From Lama glama (lineage: Eukaryota), in contig CM052820.1 of NCBI GenBank assembly GCA_028534125.1, positions 372,001 through 436,000 on the forward strand: a stretch of 64,000 nucleotides of DNA, read 5' to 3'. The notes under the pieces were generated by a model. It saw nothing but the letters and a program-made list of their open reading frames with translations, had not been told where the DNA came from and did not search any database. Positions 35,577-48,008 of this stretch are shown piece after piece. Position numbers and translations under genes: made by a program. Every line of letters starts with the position of its first letter. Position 1 is the stretch's first letter.

Positions 35577-38500
35577 TTGGCAGTTGCAAAATGAATGTTT
35601 TCCTAATTCTGTTTCTATATTTACTTATTGGCATTTTTACATGAAGAAGTTTTCCTTTATCAATTCTGGTTACTTTGAAATATAATTCCTGCTGGAGAGA
35701 AAGGAGAAATGGTTTCATTCCTTTATTAACATTTAGAATACGTATGGACTGGCAGCTTCGGAAGCAACAGTGCACTTTTGTTGCTCCCCCCCCCCCAGTG
35801 TTATAAACTTGTGGATATGCAGATAATTGTGTTTCAGCCCATTGGTATTCGTGTTGTTTCCCAAATTGGCTTCTGTGTTCCTTGGACGTGACCCCACTAG
35901 TCTGACTGTGTCCTTGCTTTCAAGGACGTCCCGTCTTGTCCATCTTCTGCACTAGACCTGGAACCGCCTGTTCTTCCAAGGAACTCTGGCTCTTCTGAGT
36001 GGGGAGCCGTGTGGACGCTGCGGTACACGTGCTGGGAGGCCTTGTGCCTCTGCGCTGCTCCTCGGAGCAGACAGACCTCGGAAGCAGTCGTGAATTCAGA
36101 TGAAGATGTACTTGTGCTGAAAATCGTGATTTTAAGGCTGTTGACTTGACTACCTAGTCCCCTTATCCTGCACCGTGAAGCACTTTCAGAATGATGTTAA
36201 CTAGAGTTAGTAGGGTGTATCCCACCTGGAGTATACTGTCAGGTTGTTGTGTTTGAAAGTTACGATTTCTCTGATGCTTATGCCGCCAAAGTGACGTTGT
36301 TAGGTTGATTTCAATTTTTTTTTAGTAAAATTGTTTAAGTATGATAAACATACAGAGAGCTGTGCAAATCCTTAGTGAAAATTCATTGAGCCATAAGCAT
36401 TAATGACACCCACCTATGTAACCCGAATCACAATAAAGGGGTAGGACATACTTGTTTTCAGTTTGTTCTCTGATTTACATGGTTCTAAAGGCAAAGCTGT
36501 GAATCATGGCATATTCATGAGTTTGATTCCATCCCTGTCCCTCCTCCCTTTTTTCCTTCTCCCATTGTTTCTTGAAGATACAGCCAGACAGGTAGACACT
36601 TGTGTTTCTGACTCTTTCTGGGAGTAAGGGCACATAGTCTGCACCTGCTGCCTCCTTTGCGTTTCCCACCGACTGCATGACCTAGAGACCGTGCATAACT
36701 GCATGTGGAGATCTTGTCCAGCCCCTTGCGCGTCACTGCGTGGACACAGGATCCAGTCTGCCTCCTCCTTAAGGAGTTTGTGGTTGCTTCCAGACTTCTT
36801 TAGCTTCCGTGTCTCACCATCTCTGCTCTTGCCCTTCCACAACCGCTTCTTCACGCAGTGAGTGGAGTTCACCGCAAGTGGGTCTTCTTGTCTCTTGGAG
36901 CTGGCCTCCATGGGTTCCCTGTGGTCGAGCTGCTGTGCTGGTCTGGACCCCGGTGCCCCTGCTCCCTGTCCTTGGCTGCCCATGGAGCCTCGGCCAGTTG
37001 TCTTTGTCTTCTGTCCCTCTTTGGTGATTACTGGTTTTCTAGTGGTGGGGTTAACGCTTGCCCTGTCCTGCCTTTTCTCCTGACAGATGGCACCTCTGAG
37101 TTCCTGCTCCCCAGATGCTCTCACAGTGTGGCAGCCTACCCTGGGTCCAGGGTTTGACTCAGGACCGAGGTTAGATAGCTCTGCTTTGGTCTGGGTACTT
37201 ACTGTACTTGGATTACTGCACCTTGATGTTGAATTAGTTCTTTCGTAGGGGCTGGAGGGGACAGCTGTATTACTAAGGGTTTCTAGGAGGTCTTTAAATC
37301 CCAAAGTGGGGTTTAACCCCAGGGCAGACGTAGAAAGATGGTATCAGAAGAGACGGAGGAGTCCCGTCTCCTCATTTAGCAAACGAGGAGACAACCTGGT
37401 TGAAGAGGTGTGGCTTGCCCCTGTCGACAAACAGATGGCACCCTGGAGCGCTGCTGAGGCTGGAATCTGGAGAGGAGAGGCTGGGAGGCTGGATTTTTCT
37501 GTGCCTATTGTATGAACATGAGCCCGTGGAACTTTTCTGTGTAGGAGAAAAGTATCTTCAAGTATCAGTTGCCCTAGGTCAACCTTGAAATTACTTTGTT
37601 TCTTGTAATGTGATTGTAGGACTGATGGGGAGACTGCCGGAGCCCCTTCCTCTGTGGCCATTCCATCCTCGTCCTTCTCTTCCCAGGAACGCCGTCGCCG
37701 ATGAGGCAGGGCCAATGGACGTCCAGCCTGTACAGACCAGTGTATGTGTGGAGGAGCTGCTCTGAAGCACAGCATTCAGAGATGTGTCAGTGATGCCCTT
37801 CTGCCCCGAAGCAGCGGTTGTCTCTCTGACACAGTCAGACTTTTAGAGAAGGAGACCCCGAGGAGGCATCTCACCCGGACAGCCACCCCGCAGGGAGCGG
37901 GTCACCGGGCAGGAAGGGCTCTGCCCAGTTTCCCAGGGTACGAGTCCAGACTGCCCCCTCTCAAGGACCTTCGTCTTTGTGCTTAGGTGGAAGGTGTCTC
38001 TGCTCGTTGTTCTGGTCGTGTGCTGGCAGCTGCACAGAGCCCCGGTCCTTCTGCGCTGCTCTCCGCACACTTGAGACAGTTGAGGTGCCTTCCAGTTCTC
38101 AAAGAGTTTTGATGGGCCAAAGTCTTATCCTCTCTGCGATCAGCAGTCCCTCACCAAGAAATTACAGCAGCAAAAGGCTTACTTTAGACTTCTTGCTGAT
38201 AACATGGTCTATGGAACAGGAAAGAAGATTCTTGTGACTCTGCCCTTACTTGTTTGTCATAGCTCGTGCGGTTAGTAGCACCTCTTATTCCCCTCTCCAA
38301 CGGGAAGCATCTTTGTCGAGAAAGTAAGCGTCACATAGTACAGAGCATGCCCCGCCCCCCAGTTACCTGTGGTGAGCACTTAACACTTGTCCAACCATAA
38401 TTTCTGTACCTGTTAAAACATACTTTTTTGGCAAGTGGTATATGGAATGTACGCTGTGTTCACATGTGCTCACCTCCTGACTTCACAGTAAAATTGCTGT

Positions 38501-39639
38501 CTTTCCGAGGCAGTAAGTGCAGTCCCCTCCTTAACCTGGAACCGATGCTTCTCACGCCCAGCTCTGTGCTCCTGTCCTTTGTTCTCAATGGCTTGAGTGT
38601 CCTTCTGGAGATCTTTTATGCACAAACAGGTCTCTCTGACAGCTGGTTACACATCAGTATGACCACAACTGCCCTTTTCTCGCTGCTGACACAGACACTG
38701 GGGACGTGGCTGGAACGGGGGCACTCACACCATGCAGGGCCGAGACCTTGTGTTGGAGGCCCTGCTGGCTGTTCTGCATAATCTCTTCGTACATAAACCA
38801 GCCACATGTCATCTAGGACGTTCAGCATCAGTTTCTTTGAGGTGGATCAGGAATTTAAGACACTTACAAAGCAGTTAGAATGTAGGGTTCCTTGAGATTT
38901 CTAAGATTTTTTTCAGTGTGACAGTTTTTTTAAGGCAAACTGGCTTTACTGAGAATTTCGATGTGGTAAACTTTAAGTGTTCATAGAAACATCTCTCTTG
39001 ACTCTTACTTCCTTACTTGTATTATTTTTATCTTATGTGATTACATTAACAAGCAGAACTGGCATGCGCGGCTTGGGGATCCAGCATGTACCGTCGCTGG
39101 TGGGGCTGGAGCCAGGCGTCCATCTGGGGAGAGGGGTGTCAGCTCATAGTTCTCTGGGAGCACGGAGGCTTGGGTGTTTGTGAAAGTCAGGTGTGAGGCT
39201 GTGTGCTACAGTCTCCTCCTGGTGGAAACAGCACAGGTGTCCAGTCCTTGCTTCTACAAAAATGCTGCAGTATATTTACCTTTGGACGTATCTATGAACA
39301 TATATGCGAGAAAGTCTTAGAAGTAGCAATTGGTGAGTCAAAGAAAATTTGCATTTTAAATTACAACGTGTGATTAAATGTCTCTTCAAGGAGGTCACGT
39401 CTGTTTTTATTCCTCTGGTGTCCTCCCAGCTTTTCTGTCATCCTACTGTGTTTCTGCCGACTTGAGAGGTGAAATGTAGAGTCTCATCCTGCCTTCGAAC
39501 TGCATTTTTTTGTACACGTTAAGTAAATGTTGCTTGCATTTCTGTGAAAGATTGACTGTTTTTATAAAGTTTATTAATAAGGACAACTTTTTGTCAGGTT
39601 GCATAGCTGCTTCGATTCAGAAAAACAGCTCTTGTGGCC

Positions 39640-39875
39640 TTGCTGTTCAGTAAGAGCTCCACATGTCAGCTAAAAGTTTCTAGTGTCCAGCTTAAAAAAA
39701 AAAGGAAACAAGTGAAATTTAAGTCAGTGATACATTGTGGCTGGCCTAATCCACGATACCACTGCAGCATGTAATCAGCATAACATTACCAGTGTGTCTT
39801 TCAGACGTTACAACCTGTGTCAGTTCAAACTAGCCACATCTCATGTGTCCGTGGACACACGTCAGCCAGCACGGC
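39640..39875. mobile_element. MER33-like hAT-Charlie DNA transposon remnant
   Basis: aaacaagtgaaattta...catgtaatcagcata...ccagtgtgt...actagccacat pattern. Confidence 0.55.
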
Positions 39876-41099
39876 TCTCTGCAGAGGACTGTTTTATTTC
39901 ATTTCTATGGAAGTCCATTAACTTACTCTTTTGAACTTAAGCTTTGTCCCAGCTGCATCTTAAAAAGAGTTACAAGGTGTATTTGTCTGACACATACTCT
40001 TAATTTAGACTAAATAAATATCATTCTTTACTCATCTGTATAAAGTTATGCCGTTTCAGTATTTATAAAATTAACATAATACAGTATTATGTTAAATGTA
40101 TTCTTTTAGCAGAATGTGGTATGTTTATTTAGTGGAATTAAATGCTAATATTCCCAAATAGTTGGATACTACTATAGAGCAGATTATCTTCCTTGATCTT
40201 TTTAACAATTTACAGAGGCCCCAGGGTTTATACAGATGGGAAACAGAGCTTAAACAACCAGCCAGGGTGACCCAGATACTGTCTCACCAGATTCCGAAGG
40301 TGGGTCCTGACAGCAGGTTTGTGTTCTTCATACAGTCTTCTCACTGGAGAGGCCTGTCATGGCTCAGCTAAAACTCAGTTAAGTTACCGTCTTTGCACCA
40401 CGTGGAAGTGCATGTCGTTGAGGAGAATTCTTTGTCACCCTTTCTGTCACTTCCTAGAACGAAGTGGCGCTGACAAGAGTTAGCGGAGGAGGAGCAGAAC
40501 CACGTGAGAGGAAAGTCATTGCCGCCTGCTCTGTGCTCCGCTCTCACCTGAACTTGGACTGCTATTACTTGGGGGAAACAGTGCTGAGTTGAATGTACAT
40601 ATGGTAGTTAAAGGAACCTGGTTTTGGTGTTTTCGATATTAGAATATGCTACAGGTCAACTTGGGTTGATGCTACAGTTTGTATTTATAGCCGTGTATAA
40701 GTAAGCTTAATCCTGAAAGGAGTTTTTTAGTATGTTTAGCTGTCCAGAGTGATGAAAACATTCTTTGCCCTGACCTGAACACCACCCTCGGTGTGGGAGG
40801 GCGGACTGTGTTGAACACCCCCTGCCCTTAGCACCGGCTCCCTGCAGGGCTGCAGGGCTCCTGAGCAAGCATCAGTCCTGGACGCTCCCAAGCCCCAGGC
40901 TTGTCCCCTGGCGCCATCAACGGGACCCTCCTTGAACCATTTCCTGTCAGGATACACCTCAGTTTGTCTGCTGATGTGTCTCTATGTGTAGATGTTGAGC
41001 ACCGCTGGCTCTGGCTGACAGTGCTGTGATGTGGTTCTCGCACACGGTTCCCTCACCCACGTGGGAGAGCTTGTTCCTGTCGCGGGTACTAGAAGTCAG

Positions 41100-44000
41100 G
41101 TGGTTCTCTCAGTATTTGCATCTTAAGCCTTAATAGGCCTTGTGAGTGGTATGAAGCAAGGGCCTAGGTTTCTTCTCATCTGGAGGACCGGTTTTCCCAG
41201 GGGCATTGATGGTGTGGTCCATCCACAAGGCCACCTCTCATGATTAAAGTGGCGTCTGTCTGTTTTGGTGTCTGTGCCGGGTTCTCTGTGCCTGTCTGTG
41301 CACAGGCACAGGCCACCTGAGTTACTGTAGCTGTAAAGTCTGGGACTGGGGAGGGCAGGTCCTCCCCACCTGGGTTTCCTCGGAGTTGTAACGGCTGTTT
41401 GTGGCCATTGAGCTTTTGTATAAAGGTGTTGTGTACGTATAGCTTGTATGTGTAAATATTCTAAAAATTGTGCGTTTATGCACGTTGTTTTCTGATACAG
41501 AATTATAAAATATTTCCATATAAGTGTGTATAGAAATTGTTCTATAAATGAAAATTGTATAAAATCTGACTAAAATTACGCACACTCACATGCATATACT
41601 TGCCCCTCTTGGGATGTACGTTGCACTTGCACTGAATTTCCAGTCTGATTAGGAGAGAACTGCATTGTGTGATTTCGTCTTCCTGTGTAGGGGAACATGG
41701 CATTTCCGTGTTTATCTAGGTCTTTTCTGTATTTTGACAAAGGTTTTTTACAGTGTTCTCTGTAAATTCTACTTCCTTACTAGATTTATTTCTAATAGTT
41801 TGTTGCTGGTGTTTTGGACCATAATTGATTTTATGTCCTGATCGTTTTTCCAGAAAACTGACTGACTCTTCCATTCTGATAGTGCATTTGCAGGTTCCCC
41901 AGGGTCTTGGGTCTTGTCTTTAGACAGTTGTGTTGTCCTAACCCTAACCTTTCTTTTTCTTGCCTTACTGCCCTGGCTAGAATCTCTAGTGTAGGTTCAA
42001 ATACATAAAATGCTCAGTGCAACCTGTCTTCCTCATGCCCCCAGTGTGAACGCTTCTGATGAGGGCTCTCTATTAGGTGACCGTCGTCAAGTCAGGGAGG
42101 TGTCCTTGTACTCCTGGTTTTTATCAAGAATGGGTGAATGAGTCTCCATTTGATCGTTCTGAGATAATCAGATCATTCTTGCTCTGGTGCTAATAATGTG
42201 ATGAATTACTTTGTTTCTGGTACTGCACCACCTTGCACTGTTGCAAGTTTATGTGTATACATGTTTGTTTTTACATTTCTGGATCAGTTTGCTAGATTAT
42301 TTTAGGCTTTTGCTTTTAAAGTGCCTAGATGAAATTCACACATTCTTTTCTTCCCGCTATCCTTGTCTGAGAGGTGTTAAAGGGCCCGGCTCTGTGAGTG
42401 AGTTGGGAAGACAGTCTCTCCTCTGGGCTTCCTTACAAAAGCACCTGGGCCTGCCCTTTGGTTGTGACTTTTTATGTTTGTTTCTTCAGAGATTGGAGAG
42501 TGTTAGTTATTTACACTTTCCATTTCTGACAGACTTGGTTTGGGTAACTTATTTTTCTAGAGATGGCCTATTTCACCTGTTTCCAAGTTTTTGATGCTTT
42601 TCTCAGTAGAATTCTTGTATGGTTTTTCAAAGTCTCTATTGTAGTTATTCTTTTGTACCCCCTTTGAAGTCTTAGTATTGTCCATTTTCACCTGTTCTCT
42701 TGTTTTACTGATGGTTTATGGCATGGAGCGAATGAGTCGTTTAGGCTCAGCTGCAGGTGGTTCATTCTCTGTAGTATGTCTTTTACTTCGTTAATCTCTC
42801 TATTTCTACTTTCTTTGGGTTTATCCTGTTGTTTTTTTCTAATTTCAAAAAAGAGTGATTACCTAATTAATTTCTGCATTTTCCTCTTCACTAATATGAT
42901 GGCTAAGGCTATAAATTTGTCTCCGGGTTACACTCTGGCTTCATTCCACAAGTCTGGATATGTAACTGCTTTATTGCTCAGTTCTAAATATTTTCAGATT
43001 TCTTCTTTGACTCATGAGTTACTTAGGAGCAAGTTTTTAAGTTTCCAGGCTTTTTAAGCTTCTAACTTGACTTCTGATTGATTGTGTTGTGGTCACAGTA
43101 TGTCGTTATGGTATCAATTTTCTGCCATTTGTTGAAAAAATTTTCGGCCTTAGCTCCTGGCCAGTTTTTATAGAAGTTCAGTATATACGGAAAAAGAATG
43201 TGTCGTTTCTGATCGTTTGGCAAAGGACGATACAAGACCAGGAACGCAGCTTCATGAACTGCATTGCTTTGGCTTCTGTACGTCTTAGTCTCCGCAGTCC
43301 GTGTTGCCCAGACTTGGGTCTTCCTTCCTCTAATCTTGGCTAGTTCGGCGTCTAGAGACCTTCGGTTTTCCCTTTAGGAGCTGTGTAGTTAGATACATGT
43401 GTGATCAGAGTTGATTGAATCTGTTACTCTTGACCTTCCTCGTTCTTAGTAATGCTTCTTACGCTACAGTCTGTTTTATCTGGGAATGGCACCGTGAGCC
43501 CAGCCTCGGTGTCCCCGGGTACTTTTCCATCCCTTTGTTTCAGCCTCTGTGTCCTCGTGGTCAGGATTCTTGAATAGCTGATAGCTGGATTCTGTCACTG
43601 GCTAGTTTTTTGTATTAACATTAGATATTGCCACATTGGATGTATTTCTTCCGTCATATTTTGTGCTTTATTTGCTGTGATTTTATTTTTTTAATCTTTA
43701 CTTTTATTTTTACTGAAGTATAATCAGTTTGCAATGTTGTGTCTGCCTTGCCTTCAAATTGCTTCTCTTCTGCTTTTCTTGCTTCTTATCCTGTTTTCTT
43801 TTTTCTCTTTTATTAAATAATTAGTGATACAGAAAGCACATAACCAGTAAGTAATAATGTGTTTTATAATGAGTACTTCTGAGCCTCCGACCTGATCCAA
43901 GATCTTGAATGTTGCTGATAACTTCCATTTGAATAAGAGTTTGGATTTTAGCTTGAAGTTTTAAAACTGTTTCTGTTTCTACTAGGTTATTTCTAAACTT

Positions 44001-44850
44001 GTATCACTCAACAAGGGCGGAATTAGTATCTCTAATCTCCCCTAATATAATGATCTGAAAGTGTTGTGGCTTCAGTCCCCTCCCAGCTATGCTTATTGCT
44101 GCCTTGGCTCTTGAGTCTGTCTTGCACTGTGACTGTGCAGATGGTGGTGGTGGTACAAGTAAGCGGTCAGTGCTTGTTTCACTCCGTCTCGGTTACTGGT
44201 TTCTTCAGCAGTATTGCTTTTCGCGAGTCCCTGGCTTCCATTTTTCCTCTTTAATAGTTACTTCAGTAGTTATCCATTGATAGTAATTTTTTAAATTTTT
44301 ATCTGAAAGTGAGTATTTCATTCTTAAGACAAAGACTGCTGAGTTGGCTGTCACTGCGGTCAGCACAGCATGTAGGTGTGTCTCGCTGTCCCTGGTGGCC
44401 CCACGCCAGTGAGCACGGTGCTCCCTCCCGGGGACCTGTCCTCTCTCTCTAGCTGCTTTTGAGGTCTACTCTACTCTTCAGCGTTTGGGGGGTTTCACTA
44501 TTACTATGTGAGGTTTCAGTGTAGATTAGTTTAAATTGCCCTGCTGGCCACCTGTTCTCTTTTGAGGAGGGGAAGGGCACGCTACAGCTTTGCATTCTAG
44601 AATTTTCGTCAGTATTTTCCCAGGGTTCTCTGTTCTTTGTAGTTTCTTCTTTTGGGCCTCCTATTTGACATGTGCTGGACTTCTGATCCTCTTACCTGAG
44701 GGTCTTAACTTCTTTAATTTGTTCCATCTCTTGACTTTTTAATGCCATTTTATCCCTTATATCTCTGGTCACTTGGAGATTTTTTTGTAGTCTCAATCTG
44801 AGTTCTGTCACCTGAAGTTCTTGAGTCTGATCCTATTTCAGTCTTCTTAG
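41100..44850 (-). mobile_element. Old degraded LINE-1 (L1M-type), multi-kb
   Basis: T-rich antisense L1 motifs: cttgccttactgccctggctagaatctctagt; ttatcaagaatgggtg; aaggctataaatttgtc...cattccacaag; tttcttctttgactcatgagtta. Boundaries approximate. Confidence 0.7.
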
Positions 44851-46366
44851 TTTTTGAATTTTGAATTTTGGAGCCTCTCTCCAGTGTGGGTGGATCTGCA
44901 GCCTGGCATGAGATTTATTCGCTCCCCAGTGAGATTCCTTTCTGTTTTGTTAATTTCTAGGTTTGGGTTAGGGGTTCTTGGACAAATGGGGCTGTAGGAA
45001 TTTGAACCCTAAACCTTTATTGAAGACTAGCCCACGGCTGCTAATGCTCAAGTGGTGTCCCCACCTCCCAGCACGGGCCAGTCAGGGCATCCTGCCTCTC
45101 TGTGCTAGTGGGCTTCTTTTTGTTTTTATCTACCTTCTGTTGTGGGTTAGTCCCTTTGGGGATCATGGCTTTAAGTGTGTATGTGGAAGGGGGGCTGTCT
45201 CTAACCTTTTACCTTGAGGCCCAGAGCTTCTCCCCTGTCCCCTTGAAAGCTGAAATCCCAAATGTTGCATACTGATACTCACCTTTCGAGGCAGCCTTTT
45301 GAGGGGTTTGCACATTATCTGGTTTGAGTATTGCTGGATTCAGATGTCTCAAAATTTGCCTCTATAAACTGTTAGTTTCAGCTTAGTAAAGCTTGTTGGG
45401 GAGAAAAACTCGTGGTAATTATCAGCACAGAAGCATCCTGGGATGGTTTGTAGCACAAATTTAATATTTGATTTTACATATCTTTTGTTAATGATATGTT
45501 CTTAACCGACTCTTTTAAAGCCGCCTATGCTCCAGGTACTCCGCTTCTCTGATGACTTACTAGCTTCCGTGGAAGTTCCTTGACTTTGAGTCCCACCCCT
45601 CCCCTCCCCCCCATCCCCCTCTGTAGTGCTGAGCCCTCAAAAACAAAAAAATAACAGCAAAACACACTTGCTGGTTGGTTCATGCCCATGGAAGGACTAC
45701 CTACAAACCACAGTGGTGATCCAGGAAGAGGTGCTTAGAGACGTCTTCCAAGTCTAGGGAGGCGGCGCCTCTCCAGGTACCTTCCTGCTGACTTGCGGCA
45801 CTGCGCTGATGAGTGTCCTCAACTCCGTGGTTTCTTCCCCTGCGGTGTCCCTGTCGGCTGTGCCGGCCTCTTCCCTGGCCTTCAGCTTGTACGTACAGTT
45901 GGCAATCTCTCGTGTCATGTCCTGAGTGTTTGCACCACGTGCCCCCTTACCAGTGGAGGCTTCCATTGGCCTCCCCATCCCAGTGCGGGCAGCCAGCAGC
46001 CCCCTGCCATTCTTGACTCCTGTTGTTCCCCATGTTCAACTAATGAGGTGCTTCCCGGCGCTCCCTTTCGTGTCCGTCCACTTAGTGTGTCTTCCACCGC
46101 CAACCTTAATGGAGAGCCATTGTCTTCAGACTGCTGTGGCGTTGCCGAGCCTCAGCCCTCCTTCCCGTCTACACACTTTGACAGTGTTCCAATAAAAAAA
46201 TCCGTCTGGTGCTGCCTTCTGCCCTCAGAGCCCCCCGCCAGCTTCCCATCACCCCTAGCAGCCCTGTATCATGCATTCCAGCTGTGCTGACCTAGCCTTG
46301 GAGTCCTCTCCCGCCCGACCTTGCGGCCCGGGCCTGCGAGGGCCCTGCCTCACCCGCTTCAAGGAG

Positions 46367-46392
46367 TGGTCCTGGTCCTGGTCCTGGTCCTG
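46367..46392 (+). repeat. (TGGTCC)4 hexanucleotide repeat
   Basis: tggtcctggtcctggtcctggtcctg. Confidence 0.8.
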
Positions 46393-46949
46393 CCCCATGT
46401 GGTGCACACCCACACTTCGGTAGGATTCTACTTATGCTCAGCCTTCAGAGGTGCAAACGGCATCTGTGCCTAATCCCCCACTAGGCCTGAACCCTTGAGA
46501 GAGAAGCAGCAGTGGTGGTGGTCTCTTACTACACCGTGAATGCAGACCTGACTTGTCCCTCCACCCGCCAGGGTGGGAGTCCCCAGGGGCGGGATTCTGT
46601 TCTGCTTGCTCTGGGGCCAGCTGCATCCTAGGAACACCCTAGAGATAACACTTCTGAAGAGATTAAGCCGGTAGCCAAGGAACAGAGTAGGGATATTTCA
46701 TAGAAGTGAGGGGCGCAAGGAACAACCACAGGCCAGTGAGAGAATGAAAATCTGTGCTACAAACTTTGGGAGCACGGGACGTGTTCCCATGGGAGTTTTT
46801 TTAGGCCAGGTTGTCCTCCAGCAACTGGAAGTTGTAAATGGTTGGGGCCGGCAGTTAATTTCTTTTGTGTTGTTCCTCGAGGTTTCTTGTTTCTTTTTGG
46901 GATGGGGTGGTGATGCTGGTGGCCTCCGCTGTTACAGCTGCAGACCTTT

Positions 46950-48008
46950 CTGCCCCCTCCCCTCCCTCGCGTGCTCCCCCGCTTTCTGAAGGTGGCGATT
47001 GGTCCCCCACCCCAGGAAAGGCTGCGGAGCCCTGTGGAGTTGGGCACGACTCCTGGGGTGCCCTCTCCGGAGCTCGGGCGGGGGCGCGGCGTTGGCCGGC
47101 CTGCGGGCGGGGCGGCCTCGGTCTGACGTGTCCGGGCGGGATTGGAGCCGCCGCCCTATATAGCCGCGGGGGCCCGGGCGCCGGCCTGGAGGGAGCGAGC
47201 GAGCGGAGGTCCCGGCTTCTCCCGCAGCGAGCGGACAGACGGACGGACAGGCCGGGAGGCGGGTGCACCGCGCGGTGAGCGGGCGGGCGGGGGGCGCTGG
47301 CCGGGGTGCCGGGCGCGGGGCTGCGCGGAGAAGTTGGGGCACCGAGCTGCCGACGTGGAGCGCCGGGCGGGCGGGGGAGGGGGCCTCGGCCGCCTTCTGC
47401 CCGTCCCCACCCACCCACCGTAACCCCTACCCGGGCCGGCATAGCGCCCCCGTCGCGGGTGCCCCTCCTGCGCGGCGCGGGGGGGGGGGCGGCTACGTGT
47501 CACCACTGCGCATGGGCCGCGGCGCTGGCACCGGGAGAGTGAGAAACTTTCCCCGAGTCCCGCGGCCGCGGCGCCGCACTGCCCCCCGCCCGGCGGGGCA
47601 GCCCCCCGCCCCAGTCTGGTCCCGCTCTCCCCGCGCCCCGCGCGCCCCCGACCCGGGCCGTGGCGGGGGGAGGGGCGGCCGACCTGGGCCCAGGTTGGTG
47701 ACGTTGGCGGCCGGGCCGCTGCCCCCTCCCCCTCCCGCTCCCCAGCAGGGGCGCCCCTCCCCCAGCTCGGCCGACCGGCGGGGGCGGGGGCGGGTGTTGG
47801 TCCCGCGGGGCAGCCCGGGCGGCGGGACCGGACGGGACGGCGGGACTGGGCCTGAGCAGGCCCGGCTGCACCTCCACCTGCTGCCGTCTGCGTGGTCGGC
47901 CGGGCCCTGCTGCTCGCCGGAGTGCAACTTGGATGTGCCCCAGGGTCCGCGGACGAAAAATACATTACGGAAAAGTACCGAATTTGGATGAAAGGCGGAG
48001 AGGCAGAG
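46950..48008 (+). promoter_or_regulatory. HDLBP: Internal CpG island / proximal HDLBP promoter (exon 1b)
   Basis: GC boxes GGGCGGGGCGG 47105-47115, TGACGTG 47124-47130, ATTGG 47141-47145, TATATA 47157-47162, then an exon with a consensus donor. Confidence 0.85.
47186..47274 (+). other. HDLBP: HDLBP proximal first exon (1b), 5'UTR (5' end inferred about 25-30 nt after the TATA box)
   Basis: gtcccggcttctcccg resembles the recalled human alternative leader; donor CGCG|gtgagc. Confidence 0.75.

Noticed and set aside
36504-37304. 266-aa minus-strand ORF in HDLBP intron 1
   Set aside because: No domain resemblance, splice context or retrogene hallmarks.
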